A DNA stretch of 64,000 nucleotides from an uncultured Planctomycetota bacterium (GCA_963845755.1 CAWJTV010000027.1:192001-256000), one strand, 5' to 3'. Counted from the stretch's first letter, positions 12,745 through 22,688 are shown. Numbers and translations are program-made. Notes: generated by a model from the letters alone, not told the origin.

Positions 12745-12764
12745 TATATCCGCTCAGGCGGATG
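12745..12764. promoter_or_regulatory. Putative ArsR operator palindrome
   Basis: TATATCCGC-TCAG-GCGGATG containing the inverted repeat ATCCGC/GCGGAT, between arsR and arsM. Confidence 0.6.
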
Positions 12765-12784
12765 CAATTCGGAGGGAATTGACG

Positions 12785-13558
12785 ATGGAAGGCGAGGAAA
12801 TCAAGGCGGCGGTCAAGGAGCAGTATGGCAAGGTCGCCAAGGGTGAAGCCACCTGCGGATCGCTGTGCGGCTGCACCGACAACGCCGAGGGGTTGGCGAT
12901 GACGTTCGGTTATTCCGCCGCCGAGCTGGCGACGTTACCCGAGGGGGCCAATCTCGGCCTGTCTTGCGGCAATCCGCAGGCGGTCGCGGCCATGCGGCCG
13001 GGGGAGACCGTGCTCGATCTCGGCAGTGGTGCGGGTTTTGACTGCTTCCTGGCCGCTGGCAAGGTCGGTTCGACCGGGCGCGTGATCGGCGTCGATATGA
13101 CCGACGCGATGCTGGAAAAGGCCCGTGCGAACGCCGAGCGAACCGGCCTCGGCAACGTCGAGTTTCGCAAGGGCGACATCGAGGCCCTGCCGGTCGAGGA
13201 CGATTCCATCGATGTGGTGATCAGCAACTGCGTGCTGAACCTCGTGCCGGACAAAGATCGGGCATTCCGGGAGATCCATCGGGTCCTGAGGCCCGGCGGG
13301 CGACTGGCGGTTTCGGACATGGCCTGGGAAATCGAACCTCCCACCTCGGTCCGCAAAGACCTCGAAGCGTTAGTCGGCTGCATCGGCGGGGCCCTCGTGC
13401 TCGACGACTACATCGCTCGGCTCAACGGGGCCGGATTCGGCCGGGTCGACGTCGATCGGCATCCTGAAGCGGCCCGCAAGATGGCCGAGGTTTCGGGTGT
13501 GGTTCCCCCACCCGGGTCCGAGCACCTTCTGAGCGTCAACATCACGGCAACCAAATGA
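12785..13558 (+). CDS. arsM: Arsenite S-adenosylmethionine methyltransferase
   Basis: NLGLSCGNP, VLDLGSGAGFD, ISNCVLNLVPDK and GCIGGA motifs. Confidence 0.9.
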   Translation: MEGEEIKAAVKEQYGKVAKGEATCGSLCGCTDNAEGLAMTFGYSAAELATLPEGANLGLSCGNPQAVAAMRPGETVLDLGSGAGFDCFLAAGKVGSTGRVIGVDMTDAMLEKARANAERTGLGNVEFRKGDIEALPVEDDSIDVVISNCVLNLVPDKDRAFREIHRVLRPGGRLAVSDMAWEIEPPTSVRKDLEALVGCIGGALVLDDYIARLNGAGFGRVDVDRHPEAARKMAEVSGVVPPPGSEHLLSVNITATK

Positions 13559-13573
13559 GGAGCATCCCTGGTC

Positions 13574-14575
13574 ATGTACCTTTCACTCATCGCGGCTCTG
13601 GCCCTGGGGGCCGGCTCGCCGGCAGGGGGCGACATGGGTCCGTTCGTGCGGGCTTTGTGGCTGATCCAGCGGTACGGTACGGCGGATGCCGCCGATCCGG
13701 CAAACGATCAGAGGGTCAAAGGGGCGTTATTCAAGGGACTCGGCAAGGACGGAGAGCTGACGTTTACGGAATTGGAAGGATTCATGGAGCCCGAAACCTT
13801 CAAGAACCTCGCCGGTTCGGACGACCGGATCGACCCGGCGGAGATCAAGAAGGCGGTGGAAATCGCCGGGCCGGAATGCCGGGAGCGGCTGCTGCCCAAG
13901 GTGAGAGAGTATGCCGACTTTCTCACGACATCATTCGACCAGATCGATGAAACGCACCGGCTGGCCGGTCGGAGGCTGGTGGATTGGATCGCCAAGAATG
14001 ACCGGCCGGGCCATCGGCTGGATGTGATCGTCGTTTGCACGGGCAATTCCCGCCGGAGCCTCCTCGGGGCAACGATGGGCAACGTGGCCGCCGCCTATTG
14101 CGGGATGCCGGAAATCCGCTTTCATAGCGGCGGCACGGCTCCGACCGCGTTCAATATCCGCACGGTGAATACGCTCAGGGAGATCGGCGTCGAGGTGGTG
14201 CCGACCGGCAAGGAAGCGGCGAAGGGGGAACCGCAGACGGCCAATCCCATGTACCGCGTTCGCTGGGGGAATCCCGAGACGGGCGGCATGCCGTTGGAAG
14301 CGACCGAGTATTCCAAGCATTACGCCGATCCCGTCAATCCGCAGCAGGGCTTTGCCGCACTGATGGTGTGCAGTGAGGCCGATGCCGCGTGCCCGTTCGT
14401 GAAGGGCGCGGCCCTGAGAGTGTCGATGCCGTATCTCGATCCGAAAATCTATGACGGCGGTGCCTACGAATCGGCCAAGTACTCCGAGCGGCGGGACGAC
14501 ATGGGGCGGCTGATGTTGTCGGTGATGATGCAGGTCCGCAATCGCCGTCAATCCAAGGGCAATGCCGATGAATGA
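13574..14575 (+). CDS. LMW-PTP/ArsC-like protein with N-terminal signal-peptide-like and EF-hand-like extension
   Basis: P-loop CTGNSRRS (CX5R), CSEADAACP and DPK motifs. Hydrophobic N-terminus and acidic loops GKDGELTFTE and GSDDRIDPAE. Confidence 0.8.
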   Translation: MYLSLIAALALGAGSPAGGDMGPFVRALWLIQRYGTADAADPANDQRVKGALFKGLGKDGELTFTELEGFMEPETFKNLAGSDDRIDPAEIKKAVEIAGPECRERLLPKVREYADFLTTSFDQIDETHRLAGRRLVDWIAKNDRPGHRLDVIVVCTGNSRRSLLGATMGNVAAAYCGMPEIRFHSGGTAPTAFNIRTVNTLREIGVEVVPTGKEAAKGEPQTANPMYRVRWGNPETGGMPLEATEYSKHYADPVNPQQGFAALMVCSEADAACPFVKGAALRVSMPYLDPKIYDGGAYESAKYSERRDDMGRLMLSVMMQVRNRRQSKGNADE

Positions 14576-14737
14576 GTCGCCTGCCAACTGCCATCCGCAA
14601 GCGGCGGACCGCGTGGTGTTTCCACCTGAATTGTTGCCGGCAGGGCTTCTTGATGGTAAAGCTGAGAGGAAGGCTGGATTGCCCCTGGCCTTTCTGCGGA
14701 ATCCAAGCCCCGATCGAATGACCCTTGGAAAGTTCGT

Positions 14738-14941
14738 ATGGCTACCATCGACGAACGATCCCCTCAAGCGGACCTGGAAGAAGTCTGCCGGCTCATCGCG
14801 GCAGGCAAGAAGGTCACCGATCCGGATTTGCTGAAACGCATCCAGGAGCGCTCGGAGCAGGCGACTCGCGAGGTCTTCGAGAAGCACGGCCTCCTGGACG
14901 TCGCCGTCGATCTGATCCGCAAAGGCCGCGACGAGGAATGA
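14738..14941 (+). CDS. Putative antitoxin of a VapBC-type pair
   Basis: 67-aa ORF whose stop overlaps the PIN toxin start (ATGA). Ends VDLIRKGRDEE. Confidence 0.7.
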   Translation: MATIDERSPQADLEEVCRLIAAGKKVTDPDLLKRIQERSEQATREVFEKHGLLDVAVDLIRKGRDEE

Positions 14942-15346
14942 AATACGTCCTCGATTCCAACGTGGCTCTGAAGTGGGTGCTCCGCGAGAGCGACTCGGAC
15001 AAGGCCCGCCAAGTCCGGGTCGATTACCAGCTCAAGATTCACGAACTGCAAGCACCGGACGTCTTCCCGATCGAAGCCGCCCATGCTCTGGCGCGATCCG
15101 AGCGGAGAGGGATCATCACGCCAGCTCAGGGACCGATGTTCCTGGCAGGCATCCTGGCCAGCCAACCGCAGCTCCATCCCTACGTCCCTCTTCTGTGGCG
15201 AGCGTACACCATCTCATCCCAGGCTCGTATCGGCGTGTACGATTGCCTCTATGTGGCGTTAGAAACGGTCCGAGAAGCGGATCCGGGGTTTGTAGGGTGG
15301 GTGAAACCCACCAGAATCGGGATACTTCCTGGTGGGTTTCACCCAC

Positions 15347-17000
15347 CTACCCCTTCCAACATGCTGAGTTAATTATTATAACCTCTTTGGCTGGGATGGT
15401 TTTCGTTCCCGATCACGGAGGGCTACCTATGTCTCCCAGGCTGATTGATCTCGATGGGCCGACGAAGCGCTGCGGACGGACCTCCCAGCCGGTGGTGCCA
15501 CCCCCGCGCCCCGCCGCCCGGCTGGATCTCCTCGACCCTGCCCCTCCACTCATCGCGGACCTCCCGGCCATCCTCAATCCCTGCATTCAGGAGTCCCCGG
15601 CCACCGTGATGACCCGTATCACCCTGGATTGGCTCCTCCAGGGCACCCCCTTCGACCTCCTCTTCGAGCAGTCCGCCGAGGGCGAATACTGCCGCGAGTT
15701 TACCCTCGAGCACCTCGTGTTGGTCATGCTCGACGTCGTCTGTGGGTTCAACCCCTCCACCCGCTCGGCGTTCCTGGGGCGCCAGCTCCAACTGATCGCC
15801 TCGCTCTCGGCCTTCTACGGCAAGCTCAATCGCCTGAGCCCGGCCATCACCGCCGCGGTCGTCCGCCACACGGCGATCCGCTGCCGCGCCCTGATCGAAG
15901 GCGGCGGGGGCCTGCTGCCGGAGCCGATCCCCGGCTACTGCGCCCGCATCCTCGACGGCAACGTCCTGGCCGGGACCGACCATCGCCTGACCCCGACGCG
16001 GACCACCTGGTCGGCCTGTCTGCCCGGCAAGTCGCTGGCGATCTACGAGCCGGCCAGCGGCTTGATCACCGATCTGATCCTGGAGGAGAACGCCCACACC
16101 CAGGAGCGCAACCTGCTCAAGGAAGTCCCCGTCTCGGCCGGCGAGCTGTGGATCCTCGACCGCAACTTGTGCGTCCGCACCTTCTTGTTCCGCATCGCGC
16201 GAGCCGGCGGGTCCTTCCTGGCACGGCGGCACCAAACGACGTTGCCCTACGAACCAGCCGGGCCGCGGCAGTCGCGGGGCGCTGCCCGACCGGCAAGGTC
16301 CACGAGCAGCCGATCCTCGTGGACGATCCCGAGACGCCCGGGGCGGCGCATCGCCTGCGGCTGATCATCCTGGAATTGGACGAGCCGACGCGGGAGGGGG
16401 AGACGGAGATCATCCTGGTGACCAACCTGCCCGAGGATGTCTCGGCGATCGACTGCTGCGCCGCGTACCGGGGCCGCTGGGGGATCGAGGGCCATTTCCA
16501 GGTGCTGACCGACCTGCTGAATTGCGAGATCCCCACGCTGGGCTACCCGCGCGCGGCACTGTTCGGCTTCGGGATGTCGGCCGTGGCCGGCAACGCCCTG
16601 GCGGTGCTCAAGGGCGGCCTGCGGGCGGAGCACGGCCGGGAGATGGCCGCAGAAGTGTCGAATCATGCCGTGGTCACCGAGGTGGCGCGGATCTACCCGG
16701 GGATGATGACGGCGGTCCCGCCGCGACTGTGGCCGGAGCTGAGCGATCGCCCGGTGCAGGAGGTGGCGGATTTGCTCAACGAGTTGGCGGCTCGGATGTC
16801 GGTGGAGTGGATGCTCCGGGTACGACGCGGGCCGAAGAAGAAGAAACCGCATCGGAGCAAGGGGGACCGAAACCATCATTTGGCCACCAAGAAGCTACTG
16901 GACGAGGCCAAGGGGATGTGCCCGCCCAGAGCGGGGTGAGGCGCAACCCACATGGCATCAAGAGTTTGATTATAACGAGTTTGCATGTTGGAAGGGGTAG
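15347..17000 (+). mobile_element. IS4-family insertion sequence
   Basis: Perfect 18-bp IRs CTACCCCTTCCAACATGC and a 10-bp target duplication TTTCACCCAC (15337-46, 17001-10). Confidence 0.9.
15429..16939 (+). CDS. IS4-family DDE transposase, frameshift near 16275
   Basis: ILDGNVL and ILDRNL acidic residues, LVTNLP, and a YREK-like YRGRWGIEGHF motif. Confidence 0.85.
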
Positions 17001-17149
17001 TTTCACCCACCCTACAAGATTCTCGGATCGTTTCATAGCCGAGCGTGAGGGATGTGACCTCCTGACGGCCGATGATCGGCTCGTGCGAACCCTCAAGCCA
17101 ACCTTCCCCTTCATCACGCCGCTAGGGGCGATGCCGTAATCCGGGCACA

Positions 17150-17859
17150 TTGTGGCGGTGCTCGACAATCTTTGCCATCTGGAGGATCAGGGTCAACTTC
17201 GCCACGATCGCCGATTTGCCGATGCCGGATCCCCGGTGATCAAGAGCGCCCGCTGCCGATCGGGCTCGGTCCTGTGGGCTTGGCCGAGCGGTCTCGATCG
17301 CCTCCAACAGCCTTCGGAAACCGCGTTGATACGCCTCGCCGAAGTCGTGCCACTGGAGCATTTCCACATAGTCAAGCCGAAAGATCACAAACGACGGCGG
17401 GCAGGAAACGGCCACCATCGGCACGATCGGCACCTTGCAGGAGAAGCGAGCGAGGTGGAGGTCGTCGAGGCAGACGCTGGCCAGGTCGTCGGGGCTGTCC
17501 GAGTCGCCCGATTCGCAGATGGCGTGGGGGCTGAGCAGGGCCTTACGAGCTGAGTGCTGCGGAGACCGTCCTCGATCTCGCGCAGGAAGTACGTCCCGAG
17601 CGGATCTTCCGGGTGTCGCGCAGACCTCGTGGCCGAAGAGCGAGAGATCCTGCTCGAGGCGGTCGGCCAGCTCCGCGGCATCGCGGCGGCCGTAGCTGAG
17701 GAAGAGCCGCGCTTCGGGAGCCGGAGGAGGCGACGAATCGGCGGGCGCCGTGGGAGTTCACTCGTGCTCGCAGTTGTCGCAGGACGAGTCGTCCCGCGAC
17801 TTGCGGAAGTGGAGTTCGGATCACCCGTACCACGGACAAGTGGTCGGAAAGGCGCTCAT
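17150..17859 (-). pseudogene. Degraded TIR + P-loop NTPase gene
   Basis: ATG overlaps the upstream stop. Across frames and stops it reads RLFLSYGRRDAAELADRL..EIEDGL..ALLSPHA..VCLDD..PIVPM..FRLDYV, then GIGKSAIVAKL, then breaks off. Confidence 0.7.
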
Positions 17860-20382
17860 CGCGAAACTCCTCCTGGATGTTTCGAGTCCGGCTCACCTTC
17901 GAGCTGGATCAGGTAGAGATGGTTGCTCGCCGACCCGGCCCAGATCCGTCCGGAGGGGTGGGTCGTGATGTTCCTCATCGCGGCCGGGAACCAGGCCACG
18001 GCCTCGCCACCACTCGCCGGTGCGATCACCGTCTCCAGATCCCAGCTCATCGCCCGCCACGGAGGCGCCTTTTCCGCCGCCGCGATTGAGGTGACATCGT
18101 CGGAACCCTGGATCATCTCGAGGCATTCCCCGCTCTCCGCGTCCCACACCCGCACCGTGCTGTCACTCGACCCGATGACGGGCCAGCGCGAGCTGATAAT
18201 GATGCGGCGGCCGTCGGGGGAATACGCCACGCTCTCGACCCCGCCCGGATGTCCGCGGAGGCAAGCCATCTCCACCCCGCCTTCCGCATCCCACACCCGC
18301 ACCGTCTGGTCGTCCGACCCGGTGACGATGCGGCGTCCGTCGGGGGAATACGCCACGCTCAAGACCCATTTCTTATGGCCACGGAGGCAGGCGATCTGCG
18401 GACCGCCCAAGGCCAGTTCGGGCGGGCGGAGAGAACGCAGCCAGACGAAGCCGCAGAAGCGTTTCTCCCTGACCTCGCGCCAGGATTCCAGCAGAGTCGA
18501 GAGCCGATGGGGCGCGGAGCGGGACCAAGTTGGGCCCTCGGCGGGCCAGCCGATCGGTGGCGGATCATAATGGGCGGCCGCTTCAGGACAGTCATACCAC
18601 CAGCACCGGTTCCACAGGCACTGGAACAGGGTGGTGGGATGGCGAGCCAGGAAGTGGAGGTCGGCGCGGAGGGCCTGCTCCAGCAGCCGTAAGTGCCGGC
18701 GGGCGGAACGATCGGCCGGGATGCGGTCCGCGGCCCTGGTGAAGTCCATGGCCAGGTCGAAGACCAAGCCGGCCTCGGCCTTGGCTTCCAGCCAGCACAG
18801 GTCCAGGAGCAGACTGATCAGTTCGTTATCCCGCCCCGCTTCGGCGAGGTGGTGGCGCAGATGCTGGAAGAAATAGCCGTCGTTCGGGCCGGACGGCCAG
18901 CCCTCGGGGCACCGCTGGGAGTAGGCGTCGAGCATTTGCTGGTGCAGGGCGACCCGGTCGCCGGCGAGATGGATGGCGTAGTCGTAGATCAGGTCGTGGA
19001 GCGACACGCGGCGTTTCGGGTCGTCGCCGGTCTCCTCAGCCTCGCGATCCAGTTGCACCAGGGCGCGGCGCGTCCAGTATGGTGAGCAGCCGGCGCGCAT
19101 CGCGCTCCTTCATGGGGCCGGTGTGCGACCAGAGCGTCGCCACGGCGGCCTCGGGGATCATCTCGTCGGGCGGGAAGACGGCCAGCTCGGCAAAGCGGCG
19201 GGCCTGGTCGGGCGCGAGGGCGTCGATGCTGACCTTGATCGACTTCAAGATGTTGCCGTGCGGATGGTCGAGGAATTCGAGGTCGGCCTCACACAGCGCG
19301 GCGAGGATGTCGGCCCAGGAGGTGCCGTCGCGACGCATGGCGCCGCAGATCGACAGCGCCAGCGGCAAGCGGCCGCATTCGGCCACCACCGCGCGGGCGG
19401 CGGGCGGCAGGGCGCCCTCGGGGCATTCGGCCCACTGGGCCAGCAGCGCCAGGGCCTCCGCTTCCGTGAGGAGCTGGACCTGGTGCGGCGTGCCACCCAG
19501 GGATGTGATCAGCGCGGCGTCGCGGGTGGTGATGACGGCGCGGCAGCGCGGGCCGAGCACGTCGAAAGCCTCGGCGTGGGTGCGGTCCCACACGTCGTCA
19601 AGGACGAGCAAGACGGCCTTGTGATCCAGCAATTCGTGGAGCTTGCCCTTGCCCTGTGGCTCACTATCGAAATGGCCGGGATCGCCGAGGGCCTGCGCGA
19701 CGCGGCGCTGGAGGGTCACGAGCGTCGGCTGCTGGCCGATGCCGACCCAGATCACGCCGTCGGGAAACGCCCGCCGCACCTCGTGGTCGCGCGCCAGCGC
19801 GGCGGCCAGGACCGACTTGCCGATCCCGCCCATGCCGTGGATGCTCGTCCGCGCGGCCGCGCCGGTGATGACCACCGGCCGATGCAGGTCGGCCAGTACG
19901 GCGTCCTTGAGCGCGCGGAGGCGATCCTGGCGGCGAAGGAAGTGCGGCGGCAACGACGGGACGGCGATCAGCTTGCCCATCGGCGCCACCGACTCGGAGA
20001 GCTGGCGCACCAGCGTTTCCAGCCGGGCGGCGTAGTGCCGATCGTCGCGGAAGTCGGGCGCGTCGAGCAGCTTCAGCTCGTCGGGTAGCAGGTCGTAATC
20101 GCCCAGTCGCAGTACGGGGTTGATCGCCTTGCCGATCTCCAGTGCGTAGAGCCACTCGGCGCGGACGTAGTCGGAGGTGACCGCCTTCGGACCGACCACG
20201 AGCACGAAGCGATCGCGCGCGGTGATGGCGTCGCGGATCTCTTGCAGGAACGTGAGTGCCCGGCCCGGCATCGACTGGCGGTCCCACCAGACGTCGAAAC
20301 CGCGCGCGGACAGGTCGTGATAGAGCCGCTCGGCGAACGGCTCGTCATCATCGCGGGCGTAGGAGAGGAAGAGGCTGGACAT
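17856..20382 (-). CDS. TIR-NB-ARC-(APAF-1 helical)-WD40 STAND NTPase, frameshift near 19075
   Basis: TIR (FLSYAR..DVWWD..YVRAEW), Walker A GMGGIGKS, Walker B LLVLDDVW, ITTR, GRLPLAL, LHDL, YFFQHLRHHL..WLEAK, and WD40 repeats SVAYSPDGRRI..TVRVWD. Confidence 0.9.
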
Positions 20383-20628
20383 GGCCGTGCCAATCCGTCC
20401 GATATGGCCAGCAGGATTGCCGAGGCCCGATCAACGGCAAACGCGGCCGCGTCGCGCTCCAGGCACCCACCGAACGGCATCGAGTCCGGCAAGGGTGATG
20501 ATACTCCACGAATCGGCTCGGGTGAAAGCGCGGCGCCGGCTCGGCCCGAGCTCGGAGATCGACGAGGACATCCCGGCCGACGCCTTCGCCCTCGACGTCC
20601 CTAACCGGATCCGCCGCGTCCGTGACAC

Positions 20629-22144
20629 CGGTGTGCGTCACATTAGTTGGTGGTACAGGCGATCAGTTGTGCGAGAAATCGCGGCTCCAGAAGGCTTCCC
20701 ATTGGCCTTTTTCGCTGCGGTAGAGCGCGCGGAGGTGGCAAACGGCATTGGCTCCGTCCTCGCCCCAACGCATGCCGGCCAACTTCAGTCGTTGGCCCAC
20801 GACCGTTTTGCACGCGCGCTCCACCGCGCCACTGCCGATGCACCAGCCGTGGGCCAAGTATTCGGGGTACTCCATCCGATGCGCGTTCCGCTGGAGGTAA
20901 CCGACCAGTTCGTCGACGGCCTCGCTCAGGCCCACCCGGCGCGGCCAGTCCCCTTCGCGCAGGACCGCCGCCAGAACCGCGCCCCCTTCCTCCTTCAGGA
21001 GATGACACCATTGCCGCGCTTGATCCTCGGATTGGTCCTCGTCCTGAGGGTAAAGCAGCCGTGCCAGTCCGGTGAGCTTCTCCGCGGGGTGAAAGAAGTC
21101 AAGGATGATCACTTCCACTCGCGGGAAGTTCTCCCGCAGCCGGTCCTCCAGCCCATTGCCGCCGTCGGAGAGCCCGATCCAACGATCGGCCCGATCCATG
21201 CCGACGTGCCCGGCCGGCGTGCGGAGCAGCGGACCGAAGTCTTCCAAGGAGTACATCCCCGAGAGGTAACGCGCCTGCATCGGCAACGGCTTCTCGTCCG
21301 GCCACGGCCATTCGGGACTGGGGTTGCAGACCATCCCCACGTAGGCCATCCGGCCCTCGGCGGCGCCGCCGGCCTGGCCTTGCTGCCGGACGCCAGTGGC
21401 GTCGAGTTCGACGTAGGCACATCGGCGGCCGTCGTAGTCCTTGTGCCAGGGCCAATCCCCCTTGGGACCCAGCGCCACACCGGCCTGCACGACGTCCGCT
21501 AGCCGTTGACCCGCGCCTTCGGTGGTTCGTTCGACCGTGGATTCCCCGAGCCGAACGCCGGCCATCTCTTCGAGCAGTTCGCCCCCCTTCTCGAAACTGT
21601 CGGCGACCGTCCCGGCCAAGGTCGTGACCCGCTCCAAAGCGGGTGTCAGCTTCCGTGCCGTCAAGCCCGCCGCCTCATCGAACGGGAAGCTCCCCTGGCC
21701 ACAGCACCGGCAGAGATAATAGGCGCTGGTAGGGGACAGGACCGACAAGGCTCAGAGGGGTAGGGGCGCGGTGCGAGTGGAATTCGGCGGTCATCCCACA
21801 GTGGGGGCAGGTCACACTGGAGCCGTGGTATCCGTTTTTTTTTGCGCCAGTCGCTGTGCGAGGGCCTTGGCGGCAATCTTGTGGGCGAGGGCGCGAATCC
21901 GGAATTCGTTGTTGCCGAAGACGTGGGCATCGTCGGTGGTGGCGAGGGTGGCAGCGAGTTCGCCGATCTCGGCGTCAACGGCCTCATGGATGGCTCGGGC
22001 GAGGTCATCGATCTCGGCCTGCTTCTCGGCTGACAAGGGAGCGGCTGGCATGACAGACTCCGTTTCCTGGGCGCAATTCTCCTCAACAACGTCCGCAATC
22101 CCTCTTGTGTACAAAAAATCCACCAACTTTCAAGACGCCCACCG
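20629..22144 (-). mobile_element. ISKra4-family insertion sequence (transposase 22051-20663, split)
   Basis: Imperfect IRs CGGTG(T/G)GCGTC-N5-AGTTGGTGG and a 9-bp duplication CCGTGACAC (20620-28, 22145-53). ELDATG, SDGGNG, LDFFH and IGSGAVERACK motifs. Confidence 0.88.
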
Positions 22145-22272
22145 CCGTGACACGGAGGCGGCACTTTTTTCTTGATTCGGCGATCGCCGTATATCCATGA
22201 TGTTCGGAGACGTAACGGTATCTCACCCCGGCGTCTCTCTCGAGCCGGGCCGTCCCCTTTCAGGAGCGTTCC

Positions 22273-22452
22273 ATGGCGACGTTCGAGATCTACAAGGACA
22301 AGTCGGGCCAGTTCCGCTGGCGGTTGAAGGCCTCCAACGGCAAGATCATCGCCGACTGCGGGGAGGGCTATGTGGCGAAGTCGGATTGCCAGCATGGGAT
22401 CGATCTGGTCAAGAGCGATTCCGCCTCAGCGGAGGTCAAGGACAACTCCTGA
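22273..22452 (+). CDS. YegP/DUF1508 family small protein (59 aa; below the ORF-track cutoff)
   Basis: MATFEIYKDKSGQFRWRLKASNGKIIADCGEGY..., with AGGAG RBS upstream. Confidence 0.85.
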   Translation: MATFEIYKDKSGQFRWRLKASNGKIIADCGEGYVAKSDCQHGIDLVKSDSASAEVKDNS

Positions 22453-22485
22453 GTCATCAGGAAGGCCCGCACCAACTCGGGGCAG

Positions 22486-22535
22486 AAAATAATGGCGGTT
22501 CATTTTTTGTTATAAAAATGAACCGCCATTATTTT
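22486..22535. terminator. AT-rich perfect 22-bp inverted repeat, possible bidirectional terminator
   Basis: AAAATAATGGCGGTTCATTTTT-TGTTAT-AAAAATGAACCGCCATTATTTT followed by a T run. Confidence 0.5.
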
Positions 22536-22554
22536 TTTATTAAAAATTCATATT

Positions 22555-22688
22555 TTACATGACTTGTGCGACCCTGATCGAGGACGGGAATCGCTCGCCC
22601 TCGCTGGGCGGATGGGAGGGGGCGATGTGCGACTGCCCCGAGGCCGCCTGGGAGGCGAGCCGGTGGCCAGTGATCGAGGATGACCTCG
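22555..22688 (+). repeat. 134-bp degenerate copy of the kinase 5' end at 24515-24648
   Basis: Ungapped alignment with 21 mismatches in 134 nt (hand count). Encodes RSPSLGG..MCD..EAAW. Confidence 0.85.

Larger units (their letters stand above)
15262..17035. mobile_element. ~110-bp MITE carrying an inverted REP pair (itself split by IS4)
   Basis: Terminal IRs GAAACGGTCCGAGAA / TTCTCGGATCGTTTC (1 mismatch) with a TA (or TAG) duplication. Internal GTAGGGTGGGTGAAACCCACC and its inverse. Confidence 0.75.
14938..17139 (+). pseudogene. vapC: PIN-domain VapC toxin interrupted by a nested insertion
   Basis: MKYVLDSNVALKW...GVYDCLYVAL ends at 15261 and resumes at 17038 as AEREGCDLLTADDRL...GAMP*. Removing the insert restores GCG TTA GCC GAG. 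Confidence 0.9.

Noticed and set aside
20400..20628. Possible gene remnant (EIDEDIPADAFALDVP..RDTEAALFS*) split by ISKra4
   Set aside because: Too short, with no start or recognisable family, so it could not be supported as a feature.
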